Shown here: piece after piece, positions 1 through 12,098 of the stretch
Layout of the letters: every line of letters starts with the position of its first letter
Position numbering within the stretch: position 1 is the first letter of the stretch
Assembly: GCF_052425735.1 (NCBI RefSeq)
Contig: NC_135769.1
Span: 14,880,001 to 14,944,000 of the forward strand
Source of the DNA: Oculina patagonica
Taxonomy: Eukaryota
Length of the DNA: 64,000 nt
Reading direction: 5' to 3'
Translations under genes and position numbers: made by a program
Notes under the pieces: generated by a model
The model's database searches: none
What the model was told of the DNA's origin: nothing
Seen by the model: only the letters and a program-made list of their open reading frames with translations

Positions 1-459
1 GAGGATGACATGTGCTATGGCGCCTCAGCACGATGCATGTATTGCGGAAGATGGAGTGACGGAACACGTCACCAAGTTCGCGAATCATCACTACACCTCA
101 TTACCATTCGGTAAAAACTGGGTCAATAACATTTTTCCCCAGTTTGTCTTCAACATTAACAATTTTGTCCCTCTTCAGTTCACAAAAATGTCATGCCTCT
201 CTTTTGGTATAATAACAATAGTGCGTGCAAATTTCATGTGAGTTTGCTCAAATGTGCATTACAGTTAAAAATATGGTACCTAAAAAAGCTAAAAGTTACA
301 AGCTTAAAGTTAAAAGTAAAGCGTAAAAATTAAACTTCAAAAAACTAAGTTACAAGTTAAAAGCTACAAGCCCTAAAATACTACAAAAACTTACCGGTAA
401 CTTAAAATCCAAAATTCTCAGAAATTACAATTAATATTAGGATTTATAGCATATTATTA

Positions 460-900
460 TAATGTAATTACTTTAAGAATTTTGAACTCCATTTGAAATT
501 TCACTGGGAGCTGATGTACACTGTAAATAAAAGGAGCAGTGTTATGTCAATATCTCCTTTGCTGGCAGACCAGTCGGATGGCAGCATTCTGTTTTCTTTG
601 TAGCTTGTTTAGATGGTAGTAGGAAGTCCATACAAAAGGCTGTTGCAAAAGTCAATCCTAGCAGTAACAAATGCATGCACAAGAGTCTCGCTGCACTGCC
701 TTTAGAGATATTTCCATTTCCATATACACCAAATGTTGTAGAGATAATAAAAGGAAGAACTAGACAAATTAGTGAAATGAGTAGACATTGAAAGCTTGGA
801 GTCAAACCAAGAACTGCGGTTTCTAGCAGAGGTGACTGTAGAGACATTGGAATCTACAACTTGTTTGCTACTAATGTTAATTTTAGCCAACTGAGAGGTA
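460..900 (-). mobile_element. Degenerate L2/CR1-type LINE fragment (region C-terminal to the RT core)
   Basis: Minus-strand translation across frameshifts gives SWFDSKLSMSTH..SSSSFYYLYNI, ETLVHAFVTARIDFCNSLLYGLP, KLQRKQNAAIRLV and LPVKFQMEFKIL, typical L2-clade ORF2 C-terminal motifs. Lies in a TECPR1 intron. Confidence 0.7.
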
Positions 901-2357
901 TCAGAGGGTAATTAAAAAGTGCGTCATTTGAGAAAAAAGCAGTGTGATGTTTAATGGTTGTCCAGTTACAAATTCTAACATGCCTGTTGCATGAAGTCAG
1001 ACAAATAATCCATCAACATTCAAGTTTGGAATCATTATTCTTTGTTTTGACATTAAATAGATCACTTCCAGAATGTACCCTTGACAGGTCAGAATGCTTG
1101 AGCTGTTTTAATTTGACCGTAAACAATTTTTTTCAGTAACCTCTGTTTACTGCAAATTACATGCACATGTATAATATACGAGTATTGTGCAGTAAAGAGA
1201 GGTTGTTAAAAGTATAATTTTTGAATGAAAAAGTTTTAGCCTGAATCTCATAGTAGTACTGCATGCCTTACTGTTACATTGCCGCTAGACAAAGATTTTT
1301 TATAACTTTTCGATAACCTTTTGATGGCTTATGTTTCAAATGGCCAATCAAATTTGCAGAAGTGAGGAAGTTGAAGCTCTGAGAGTTGTAAGAGGGCAAA
1401 CATGTAACTTGAAAACTTTGCATTCTTAGTGGCAAGTTCAACAAATTAAAAGCAATAATGTGCAGCACTGCAAGTCAATTATGTTATTACGTGTCATGTA
1501 ATTAATAAAAAAAAGATGTTAAAGAAGATTAACTCTGACGGTGCATGATGTTATCAAATCATTAATAGTCCCAAGATTATAACTCGGATCCTAAGGATAC
1601 TGCTAGTATCTATTTTTTACCTGATAAACCAATTCAATTGATACTGGCTGTGGCTACACTAAGACAGTTGACTGGGTAATGTTTTTAGAAACCTGGTTAA
1701 ATATTTCCACACAACTAGACTTGGTTAAAGAATGGGTACAATACCTAACTCGGTGAAGTTAAGATCAGCTGAAGTGATGTCAGGATTAGGCATCACTTAA
1801 GAAAGTATGTAAACAAGCAAAATAACTGGCTATCATGATCATGTTATCATTTGCTTGATTCTTTTCCTGCTTTTTAGATTCATTTCAATGTGTTTTCAAC
1901 TTAGTCACATTTTCTTTTCCTTCCTGCTAATGCATTCTATGCAAATTTCAAATGAAGATTTTTCAAACATGTTGATTACCTGTTGAACAGGCTGTGTTCT
2001 CAGATTCCCTTGTAGTGAGGGATATTATGGAATTAAGCAACACATAATTTGTGTTCAGAAAACAACATATCATCTTACACAGTGATGATTCTCATACATG
2101 TATTTAACAATAGAAACAATAGTTGAATCTGATAAGAAACCACTAACCTGGTTAAAACCACCCAGAAAGGTGGTTTAGAATTAACTTATCCTGGTTAAAA
2201 AATCTATTGTTCTTTGATTAATTTCCATGAGAACTGCTAACTTGGTTAAGAGCTAGTCGGCTAACTTTTCAAACTGAAATATGTGGCCACATCAGACAGT
2301 TTTGATAACTCAGTTAACATTAATTGACTAACTGGATGTACCAGGTTAACTCGCTTA

Positions 2358-2715
2358 GGCCATCCCAGTAAAATGTTTCGTTTCCCATCGCCCAACCGAC
2401 CCATTTTTTTCAAAAAGTAAAAAAAAAAAAAAAGCAGATTCACTAGTTAAAGAAGCAAGTACTTTAATTTACAAGCACACGATCTTGTTTTATCAACAAC
2501 AATTGACATTATGTGATGTCCTTGCCTTTAATTTTGATTAAAGAAAGAATAACGGAAATAACGAACGAAATAGCCACCTTTTCGCATTCGTAACCCGAGG
2601 CTTTCTTCCTTCAAGAGTTCCATCTTTTTTCTTTTTTTTTTTTTTAGCCCGACCAACCGACCCACCATCACAAGAGACGAGGCGATGGGAAACGAAACAT
2701 TTTATTGGGATGGCC
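2358..2715. mobile_element. MITE, PIF/Harbinger-like
   Basis: TIRs GGCCATCCCAGTAAAATGTTTCGTTTCCCATCGCC / GGCGATGGGAAACGAAACATTTTATTGGGATGGCC; TTA on both sides (2355-2357, 2716-2718). Confidence 0.7.
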
Positions 2716-3215
2716 TTAGTGCAACTGCGGCCACTTTTAGAAAAGAGAGAACAATGAAAAGCTAAACATATTGTTTTCTTGTTATTACTTGCTAACATAT
2801 TTGATGATAATAATAGTTTTCTTGCTGGACACATTACATGCATGGAAGTTTCAAACAGGAACTGACCTTTCCATGAAAAGTGACGGCCCAAACAGCTACG
2901 TAGCCAGGTTCTTGACCAGGAATAGCTGTACCACCAATAGCAATATCTTGAAAGGGTTGCTTAACTGGATCTTCAGTAAGACCAGGAACCTACTTATACA
3001 ACAACATTGATTAATTTTTGCTAATCCAATGTTGTCAAAATGTAATTCTTAGTAGTACAAAACACTGTTTGAATTCCTTTTTTTCACTTTTTTCACATGA
3101 CCAAAACAAAACAAAACTAAAAACCAACTAACTACCAGACAACTCAATCAAAGTTCATGCCTTGATTTTTCCAAGTGATTTTACAAAAAAATAAGAGAAC
3201 TACAACAACACTAAC

Positions 3216-3338
3216 CTTAATCCAGCGGTCATAGCCATCAAATCTGTAGTATCTTGACCACAGACGTCTTCTTACACAAGATGTTTTACTTTGTTTTGAA
3301 TGATAGGTTCTTGGAAAGTCAAGAGCATATTGCCAACC
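3216..3338 (-). CDS. TECPR1: TECPR1-like, coding exon 3 (dysferlin domain); gene continues beyond the left edge
   Basis: AG|GGT acceptor, GWQYALDFPRTYHSKQSKTSCVRRRLWSRYYRFDGYDRWIK, donor AAG|GTTAGT; phase 0/0. GWxYAxDFP...CVRRRxW is the DysF C-terminal signature. Confidence 0.85.
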
Positions 3339-3616
3339 CTTCATAAAAATCAAAATATTTGTTAAAAAATAATTAATAATGACATCCACTTGGGTTACAT
3401 TTGATTACTCATACTAGGCAGTTTTTAGATTGAAGTAAAAGTTCACTGTTGTGAGCATTTTCAAATTTCAATTACCGCTAACCAGATATTAAAGAATACA
3501 TAATTTTGTTGTACATTTTTATCAGAATGCAATTTCCTACACTGCCTAATTATCTTCCAAAAATTAAACACACAGACAAAATACAAACAGACTAAAGAAT
3601 AGTTTATTATAGTATT

Positions 3617-3618
3617 GT

Positions 3619-3650
<32 letters not shown>

Positions 3651-3817
3651 CATGGAAGGGATTTGCCCTATGACCCCCCACCCCTCTGGAAATTCCAATT
3701 TAGCTTCATCATACATTGCTTTAAAGTTTAACTTTTAGGTCTTTGTGACCCCCCTTCCTCTCCGGAATTTCCAATCCCTTCTGTGGGGGGAGTATGGATA
3801 TTTTCTGGAACCACACA
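3617..3817. mobile_element. MITE
   Basis: TIRs TGTGTGGTTCCAGAAAATATCCATAC / GTATGGATATTTTCTGGAACCACACA. Confidence 0.7.
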
Positions 3818-4142
3818 TTTGTACAAAGAAGATTTTCCTTTATTTTGGATCACTTTGCTCAAGCTAAGTTTTATTTTTTGTTTTTTGTTAAGGTTTATCT
3901 AATTCAGCTCTGATCTAAAACTGTAATTTTGAAGCTTGAAATATAAACTGTTTATCTATTCCAAACATTTCTAACTGAAATGTTGACCTCTTGTGTGATA
4001 AATATAGTCTGTGTTATATACAAGCTGAGCTTCTGGACTAATCAGAATGTCAGATTCTTATAGTCACTTAAGTGAGATAAATTATTACACATGTACTAGT
4101 CATTAACAAAGTATTGAATTTAGATATTAACAAAACCATTAC

Positions 4143-4283
4143 ATCATTATCTCCATCAACTCCATGATCTATGTACCAATCTGCTTCCCATATCCATTCA
4201 ACTGATGGTAACTGAAATGAGTCTTTAGGAAGATGCTCTTTGCCATCTTTACTGCTCCATGCCCAACGATCAGTAAAAAGCAT
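4143..4283 (-). CDS. TECPR1: TECPR1-like, coding exon 2
   Basis: CAG|ATG acceptor, MLFTDRWAWSSKDGKEHLPKDSFQLPSVEWIWEADWYIDHGVDGDND, donor GAT|GTAATG; 141 nt, phase 0/0; DysF N-terminal motif. Confidence 0.85.
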
Positions 4284-5606
4284 CTGGAATCGAATTAATT
4301 ATGACTCACTAAACATGACAATCACATTTTGCTGCTCATTTTGAAGCTTTTCAAAAATAAAGAAGAATGGCATTTCCGTTCTGAAATATCTTTTTTAGTT
4401 TTAGAGATATTAAGGTTTTTGAGGAGGAAAGTGATGACGTCATTAATCGTTCCACCAAACGATAAAACACTCATATACCAGCCAACTCTTATGCCTTAGG
4501 GGTGAGTTTCATGCCTGCAAAATGAATTAACTTCATTCTCACCCCAAACTCACGCTTAGGAACCAATTTCTCACACCTTGTGAAAAATGTGAGTTTTTAC
4601 AACTATAACCAACACACTTTCCAAAAATTTGTAAACTCAAACCAATGAGAGAAACGAAGACACCATATAAAATGAGTAATTGATGACACTTTTGCTGAAA
4701 TTTCAGAGTTTTGACAAGAACAGCATTGGGAACAAGTTCGTGTTTAGCAAAACACATCCACGCACTGGGATCGGGATATGTTCAGAACGTCTTCGGGAAA
4801 CTTCGGATGTCTTCGAACATGGTTGTATTGTCTTGGGAAATCCTGGCATTCTCAGGATAAAATTCTCACGCCTTTGACCCAGTCAAGGTATACACTCAGG
4901 TATACACTCAATCAAGGCAGGCAGGTATACACTCAATCAAGAGTTTCTCAAGGAATATAAGATCGTGGTTGGGTCCTAGTTCCAGTAGATTGCTATGATT
5001 TTTTTAAAGGATTTTTTTTAAATCTGCATGACTGGCCCAAAATAAGGAAATGCATTTGATGGTGAATGGAGAAAAAAGAGGATGGCCCTAGCACGGTTTG
5101 CCTCCATTGCTCAATTGTCAACCCGGTTAAAATACTGCAATATGAACCCCAGAATGCAGAAAAGCCGGCCATGCCCCCGACGTCATTCCTGGAGCAAATC
5201 AAACTGCTTATTTTTTTCCACTATTTCACAAGAAAAACACCTTTAATTAATGACTTTCAGACACAGGTGGCTGTATGAGGGTAGCAAAGGGTTTACGCGT
5301 GACATGTAAAAAGGCCAAAAATTAGGCTGTGATGCGTGAAAATAGCTAGAAAAGAAACGTAATTCATGAACTCTGCTGTTTCAAGTATATGTGACACGTG
5401 AATTTGGTTAAAATTTGTTCGTGAAACGGGATCACGACCCCCTCTTTACTACCCTCTTGTATCACTCGTTTGCTATACCCGGAAGTATTCAGTGTAAATT
5501 GTTTTTGTCTGGATCTGTCAGTGACAACTTGTGTACAAAGAACAATAACAGTAACATCTGCTGATTATGATAACTCAGGTGCTGTGTTATAGACAAACGA
5601 GCTTAC

Positions 5607-5879
5607 CGACTTCTGTGACCAACCATTTACAATTCCCCATCTTTGATTTTCGTACGTTTCTACTTTGACTCTGATCGGAAGTTCAGTTGCTTGAACGAAC
5701 ACGTAGGGCTGCTGGCTGGCACTGATCGCCCATGCACACTGTTCGACGGCTGAAATACGCTTGAAACAGTTTCTAGAACCAAGTTTTGGAGTTGAAATCT
5801 GCCGCCAAGACTTGTCACGTAAACTGAACAGAAAGACACGTCCATCTCGATCGATTACCCACAAATCACTTGTTCCCAT
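5607..5879 (-). CDS. TECPR1: TECPR1-like (tectonin beta-propeller repeat-containing protein 1), first coding exon
   Basis: ATG at 5879; MGTSDLWVIDRDGRVF...FKRISAVEQCAWAIS...PIRVKVETYENQRW; donor TCG|GTAAGC; 273 nt. Tectonin repeat followed by YENQRW matches the TECPR1 N-terminus. Confidence 0.85.
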
Positions 5880-6254
5880 TTCCTGTAAAACGCTCAATAT
5901 TGCATTTTGGGCTGCAGGTTAAGGTTGTTTATGATCAGACGTAAAACACCAACTGCCGTTGAGCTCAGAAACGACGAGAGAAAGAACGCAAAATTGTTCA
6001 GACTGGCATTCAGACTCCTCGTAGCAAAATTACAACATCAACCAGGCGTCCCAGGGGTCGTTCCTCCTCGTACTGCCTGAGACCACCAGCTTCTCGGTCA
6101 GTGGTAGGTCGTTGGGAAACTCTGGGCTGCGTAGATACTTCATATATGGTAATTATAATGTACCCAGATAATGAGGACTGACAACGGACACTTTGAAACT
6201 GTCAACGGTCACTTGACAAGTGTTTTTTTTTTTGCGGGGGGGGGGGGGGGGGGA

Positions 6255-6645
6255 TCGAATCGGAACGGATTGACAAAACCAGGATCGGATCGGACCATTT
6301 TGTCAGTCCGATTTCATCCAGTCCGGGTTTCCCATCCAGTGCGGGTTTTGATTCCATCCAGTGCGGGTTTTGTCAGTCTGATCCCATCCAGTCCGGGTTT
6401 TGTCAGTCTGATCCCATCCAGTGCGGGTTTTGTCAGTCTGATCCCATCCAGTGCGGGTTTTGATCCCATCCAGTGCGGGTTTTGTCAGTCTGATCCCATC
6501 CAGTGCGGGTTTTGTCAGTCTGATCCCATCCAGTGCGGGTTTTGTCAGTCTGATCCCATCCAGTGCGGGTTTTGTCAGTCTGATCCCATCCAGTCCGGGT
6601 TTTGATCCCATCCAGTCTGGTCCAAGCCGGTCCTGGTTTTGTCAA
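6255..6645. repeat. 30-bp (and 22-bp variant) tandem array inside an inverted-repeat element; its other end resumes at 9201-9246
   Basis: About ten units of GGTTTTGTCAGTCTGATCCCATCCAGTGCG. Left end GGATTGACAAAACCAGGATCGGATCGGACC is inversely related to GGTTTTGTCAATCCGGTCCGATCCGATCCTGATTTTG at 9201. Confidence 0.8.
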
Positions 6646-6743
6646 GTAGTTTTGAAGAAAAAATCTTCGTTCGCTGCGTGGCACTTGTAATTGTGAATAT
6701 TGCGAAAAAAAGTTATTTGGAAGTGCCAAAAAGTTTATTATAA

Positions 6744-6778
6744 ACCAAACGTTTCGGGCTTAGCCCTTCATCAGTGGT
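6744..6778 (-). ncRNA. Minimal type I hammerhead ribozyme motif of Penelope element A
   Basis: Minus strand: ACCA-CTGATGA-A-GGGC TAA GCCC-GAAAC-GTT-TGGT. Stem I ACCA/TGGT, stem II GGGC/GCCC, palindromic ACGT stem III. Confidence 0.8.
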
Positions 6779-6887
6779 AAATTGGTCGAAGCAAAAACGA
6801 CCGTTAAAAATACGCCACGAGAGTGTTTATTTAAATGAACACATTGGATTAAATGTAAAGTTTAACGCTGGAAAGTTCAATGTAAAA

Positions 6888-6925
6888 TACTAAACGTTTC
6901 GGCAGTGCTGCCTTCATCAGTAGTA
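6888..6925 (-). ncRNA. Minimal type I hammerhead ribozyme motif (inverted arm of element B)
   Basis: Exact reverse complement of 8127-8164. Confidence 0.8.
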
Positions 6926-8126
6926 GAAGTAAAAAAATGTCGTTGCTCACGCTCACGTATGCGACAATAAACGATGGAAATTCAAATTAACACAATTTGG
7001 GAACTCGCGCGTGCGATGGAAGCGCGCGCGGGCAAAGCTCGCATACGAGTTACTTAAGCAAAGCTAAAGTCTTGGTTTAGCCCGCTCGGTGCCAGGGTCT
7101 TGAAATTGAAGATGACTCGCATTTCCTCACGTCTTCTCTTTGCTTGGTCAGCCAGGTTTGCTCTTATCACTGCGACCATCATGTCGTTTAGGTTGTGGCC
7201 TGGTTTCGTAAAATGTTCAAGGAACCGGCAGCTCAACTCTCTTCCGTATGACGTCTAAACGGTGCTCTCTGAAGCGATCTCCGAGCCGACGGCCTGTCTC
7301 TCCAATGTAGACCATCCCGGGGAATTTACGGCATGAAATGCAATAAACAAGTTGACTTGTGATGCACGTATAATGGCCCGAGATTTTGATATGTCCATTG
7401 TTAGTTCTTATTCTGTCACTGGAGTTTACAAAAGGACAGGTTCGGCAGTCGCGTCGGTTGCATTTGTAAGTACCCACTTAAGAACGTCGATGTTTGCAAC
7501 ATCATACAGCGGAACTTTTCAATCTTACGCGATGACCAAAGCACGAGCGCCATTTACAACAAGCCGCCGCTAAAGGCCTTTCGACGTGCAAAAAATCTCA
7601 AAGATTTACTAGTACATTCTAGCCTACCGTCAGTTCCCCAGATTCAAGTGGGTACTTACAAATGCAACCGACGGGCCATTATACGTGCATCACAAGTCAA
7701 CTTGTTTATTGCATTTCATGCCGTAAATTCCCCGGGATGGTCTACATTGGAGAGACAGGCCGTCGGCTCGGAGATCGCTTCAGAGAGCACCGTTTAGACG
7801 TCATACGGAAGAGAGTTGAGCTGCCGGTTCCTTGAACATTTTACGAAACCAGGCCACAACCTAAACGACATGATGGTCGCAGTGATAAGAGCAAACCTGG
7901 CTGACCAAGCAAAGAGAAGACGTGAGGAAATGCGAGTCATCTTCAATTTCAAGACCCTGGCACCGAGCGGGCTAAACCAAGACTTTAGCTTTGCTTAAGT
8001 AACTCGTATGCGAGCTTTGCCCGCGCGCGCTTCCATCGCACGCGCGAGTTCCCAAATTGTGTTAATTTGAATTTCCATCGTTTATTGTCGCATACGTGAG
8101 CGTGAGCAACGACATTTTTTTACTTC

Positions 8127-8164
8127 TACTACTGATGAAGGCAGCACTGCCGAAACGTTTAGTA
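8127..8164 (+). ncRNA. Minimal type I hammerhead ribozyme motif of Penelope element B
   Basis: TACTA-CTGATGA-A-GGCA GCAC TGCC-GAAAC-GTT-TAGTA. Stem I TACTA/TAGTA, stem II GGCA/TGCC, predicted cleavage after GUU. Confidence 0.8.
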
Positions 8165-9390
8165 TTTTACATTGAACTTTCCAGCGTTAAACTTTACATT
8201 TAATCCAATGTGTTCATTTAAATTAACGCTGCGCAGGACATTATCGTTTTTAGTGTTTATTTAAAGTCATGTCTCTAGCACGCGCGCGCGCGAGAACCTC
8301 AATAGAAACGGAAATCTAAGTTGAGGCCGCGCGATTGGCAGGTGCCAAGTTGGAAAATTAAACGCATCTCCTGCCGCTTTCTTTGCTTGTTACCGCCGCA
8401 GAGCTTGACGCCGCGGACCTGTGCGTCCGCTGAGCTGTGTCCGTTTGTGCTGAAATGCTCTGCGACGGGGAGGCCAGGCGCACTCTTGGTAATGCTTCTT
8501 AGATGTTCCCCAAAACGTTCCCTTAGAGTGCGCCCAGTTTCGCCGATGTAAATGGCAGGGCAGCGGCGGCAGGAGATGCAGTAAATGAGTCCTCTTAATA
8601 GAATCCTTTGGGCCCTGAATGTTGGTGTTGCTAGAGATGTGGTCACAAGTGCGACAGCGGGAGTTTCCACAAGAGTAAGACCCTGAGCGTGTGATAGCTT
8701 GCTTGGAGGCTGTGTGTACCAGCGTTGAACGCAAGTTTCTATCTCGGCGAAACGCAACCATCGGTGGCTGAGGGAAAATGTGAGTAGTCGCAGGGTCGTC
8801 AGTGACTACCTTGAAGTTGTCTAGCAGGATTCGCTTGATTTTGTTGTTAAGAGGGTGGTATGTGAGAACCAAAGGAATCCTGTTCACCTTTTCCTCTTTT
8901 GAGATGTTCTTTCTGAGGGCGTCGGTCTGGGATAGATCTTTTATCTTCTCCAGGTCTTGTTGGAGGGTTTGCGGATTGTAGCCACGCCTTTCAGTGAAAG
9001 AAGCCATCTCATGAGCTTGGTTGAGAAGTCGGCGTTATCGGAACAGAGGCGTCGTAGGCGTAAAAACTGACTGTGCGGGAGGCTTTTTTTGCAGTGGCGA
9101 GGATGTGATGAGTCATGATGAAGATAGCTGTGGGTATCAGTGGATTTGTAGTGAATTGAGGTTGAGAGACGGTCACCAGAAATGCGCAATTTGATATCCA
9201 GGTTTTGTCAATCCGGTCCGATCCGATCCTGATTTTGTTAACGCCCTTATTTGTCTTGGGCTCTTGCGTGAACTATAAATTAAGACCATTTATGTCTTCA
9301 TGCAATAAGTCAAACTGTGCTGTCAGTGATGACACAGTCTTGAAAGGGTTAAGCATAGTTACATGTAAATATAGTACCTCTTATTAAGAT

Positions 9391-10490
9391 CAGTTAGACC
9401 CGTACAGCGCTGTTACGCGTCTCGACGCGTCAACTACTTAATCCATTCTAATCTAAATAGCCGGCATGAAATTCACCAATCATGCATGACCTTCATCTGC
9501 TTTCCTGAATCACGCGCTCAATTATGGTCAAAACATAAAATTCACGCGTGGTGCACAGGAATTTAATATTGTGCTAAGCTCTAGACAACAGGAAATTCCA
9601 GGGCATAAAATTATCCAAAACTACGACATCGCTTTAATGTTTACTCAATTTTGCGTTTATGATAGACAGTACAACCTTAGAAGTTTTCAATGAAAATGAA
9701 ATTCAGGGATTATGTAGTGCATTGATCAATTGCAGTCATGACGAAAAAATCTACAAATTTTGCAAAAACCGTCAGTATACATAAAAAAAGATTTTCATGA
9801 AACTTCCCTCAGCAGAAGGCAAACATCCGAGGTATAAGAAGCATAGAGCATTTCCAGAAAAAATGCGGATAAGGGCTAAAATTCGATTCAGAGCTAAAAC
9901 AAGTGTGACATCATTGTCACGTGATATTCATACAGATCTCTAAAAATTGATATCATATTGAAGTTCAGTCTATAGATAATCCACGACTTATAATGGATAT
10001 GTAAGTGAAATCAAGCTGTTTAGGTGTGGGAGGCTCAAATTAAAAGGTGCTCCTACAAAAATACTGGGTCGAGCCACCTAAACAGGGGCCCACCAATCCC
10101 AATAGCATGAAAAAACGCCATTTCCCCCGAACAAGGTACCCTTTTCACACTTATGGTAAGATTATTTCTTTGTGTAAAAATGGTGCCTCTATCGTGCTTT
10201 TGCTAAGGTCGCTTATAACCTCAAAAAGCTATCTTTTTGTAGCTACGATGACATTGCCTCTTGGTAATACAAAGATGGGCATTTTTATCTAAAGCTTTGT
10301 TTTGAAAAAGTAGGAAATGCATAAAAAGCGGACAATATTGACATGCAAATATGCAAATAGCAATTAAAAGCTAACAATACCAGCATTTTTTTTTTTGAAA
10401 AAAAGTACCTTTATTTAACTTTCAACCTTATCGACTACAATAACAAAAAGACAACCCCGGCTCGCTTCGCTCATTTCGGGAGCCGACAAT
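9391..10490 (+). mobile_element. Possible non-autonomous Helitron/Helentron-like element
   Basis: GC-rich start TTAGACCCGTACAGCGC and a 3' stem-loop CGGCTC-GCTTCGCTCATTTCGG-GAGCCG near 10459-10486; no ORF, no TSD found. Confidence 0.3.
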
Positions 10491-10738
10491 TTCGCATTTT
10501 GGCCTTTGAAAACTGAATTCAGAATCTTGATTTTTCTGCGAAAAAGTAGAATTGCCGAAACCTGTCACTGATTGACCCTGTCTGTGTCACCTGAAAAAAA
10601 AAAAAACCCGTCATTACAGCAATGTTTTGATCGTGAGAATTCCGACAGTGTTTGAACCAATCACATTTGACATTTTTAAGAGTTAACATTTTTATTGTAC
10701 TCACGCATAAAATTTATATATAAAAGGGGGTACGTGCA

Positions 10739-10794
10739 TAAAATAAATAAATAAATAAATAAATAAATACATAAATAAATAAATAAATACATAA
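10739..10794. repeat. (AAAT)n microsatellite
   Basis: Direct reading. Confidence 0.9.
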
Positions 10795-11286
10795 ACAGTA
10801 CTGAAAATCAAATTGAAATAGTCCATTGTTTCAAGAAAACACAACAAACTATTATCTAAACTATAGTTCACTTGATGCAAACAAATTCCTGATCAACTAA
10901 CTTCTCATAAAAAAACCTTTTGTGTTAATCACAAATAAGTGTAGTCTGTTACTTAGGTTAGTTGGATAGATTGTTAAAAAAAAGATGTCACACAGAAAAT
11001 TGTTTGCTTATAAATTCTAAAGTCTAAAAATTATGTTTACACAGGAGAAATTAAAGTAGCATCTCAAGGGTGAAAGCATGCTGCGAAACAGCATTTGAAT
11101 CTTTAAATATTCACTGCCCGTAATCATAGAAACATGTACTTTGAAAAAATCTACTGTTGTTACACTGCATTAGCTCTCCTGTAATGGCTCCACCACGAGT
11201 AACATGAAGTTGAGCATTATCATATTACAGCGCTCCCTTCACGAGTTTCTGATCCCACCCCTTTAACGGAACTTATCAGCATTTTT

Positions 11287-12098
11287 TCAGATATTTTTTG
11301 CACTTCTTAAACTTGCAAGCCTGTTATTTCTGTCCTGTTCACTAACATCTTCCATATCATCTGAATTAACATCCGAGTAAGAATCATCTTCGGTCATTTT
11401 CCTCTTTGTTCCAGACTCCCGTTTCTTTTTCTCGTGAGTCGCTAAATGTTTGTTAAGTTCCTGCCGACGGGTGAATTTCTTTTCACACTGTGAACACTCG
11501 TAAGGTTTTTCACCTGTGTGTGTCCTCTCGTGGAACTGCAACTGACATCCCTGAGCAAAGGCTTTACTGCAGTAGCTGCACTTGTATGGCTTCTCTCCTG
11601 TGTGAGTGCGGACATGTCTGACCAGGCTGTATTTATCAATGAACGCTTTATCACAGTGATCACAAGCATATGGCTTTTCACCAGTATGAGACCGTTCATG
11701 AATTACAAGGCGAGATGGTTGAGAAAATGCCTTGGTGCAGTATTGGCATTTGTATGGCTTTGCACCTGTATGTGTGTTTCGATGAACTTCTAAGTTGAAT
11801 TTATTCACGGCGGTAAAAGAACAATGTTCACAACGCAAAACTTCACCAGTATGCCTTTTACGGTGATCTCCTAATGCACGTGAGTTTGAAAAAGATTTGG
11901 AGCAATATTTACACACATGAGTTTTCTCGCCAGTGTGAGTTTTGACGTGATCGTGCATTTTCTTCCCACTGGAAAATGTCTTCTGACATATCCAACATTC
12001 TGTTACCATATGGCTGTAAACCCTGTGCTCTAAACAGGCTCTTAATGAATCAAACTCATCTCCACAGTGGCAACAACGAAAGTTACCTGGGCTTGCAC
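11287..12098 (-). CDS. C2H2 zinc-finger protein, last exon (8 fingers)
   Basis: Acceptor TTCTCCAG|GTGCA (phase 1); eight CxxC...HxxxH fingers with HTGEKPY linkers; stop at 11287. Confidence 0.9.

Larger units (their letters stand above)
6829..8223. mobile_element. Penelope-like element B (Neptune-type): 5'-truncated plus-strand copy preceded by an inverted copy of its own 3' end
   Basis: 6829-7378 is the reverse complement of about 7673-8223. Encodes AFRRAKNLKDLLVHS, CNRRDCRTC, VYCISC..MVYIGETGRRLGDRFREH and LAPSGLN. Both outer ends terminate in ATTTAAAT. Confidence 0.9.
6646..9200 (-). mobile_element. Penelope-like element A (Neptune-type), 5'-truncated and frameshifted; 3' UTR interrupted by element B
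   Basis: 8299-9200 encodes RT-thumb region TSIHYKSTDTHSYLHHDSSHP..SLPHSQFLRLRRLCS, IPLVLTYHP, Cys linker CGNSRCRTC and GIY-YIG LIYCISC..C.AIYIGETGR.LRERF.EH..GLN. Flanked by a GGTTTTGTCAA duplication (6635-6645, 9201-9211). Confidence 0.85.

Noticed and set aside
5-241. 78-aa ORF at window start, or a further TECPR1 exon
   Set aside because: No recognisable motif; minus-strand frames contain stops and no tectonin repeat is evident.
6171-6729. Repetitive ORFs on both strands and a CRISPR-like look
   Set aside because: Head-to-tail 30-bp units with no unique spacers; the ORFs are by-products of a stop-free repeat.
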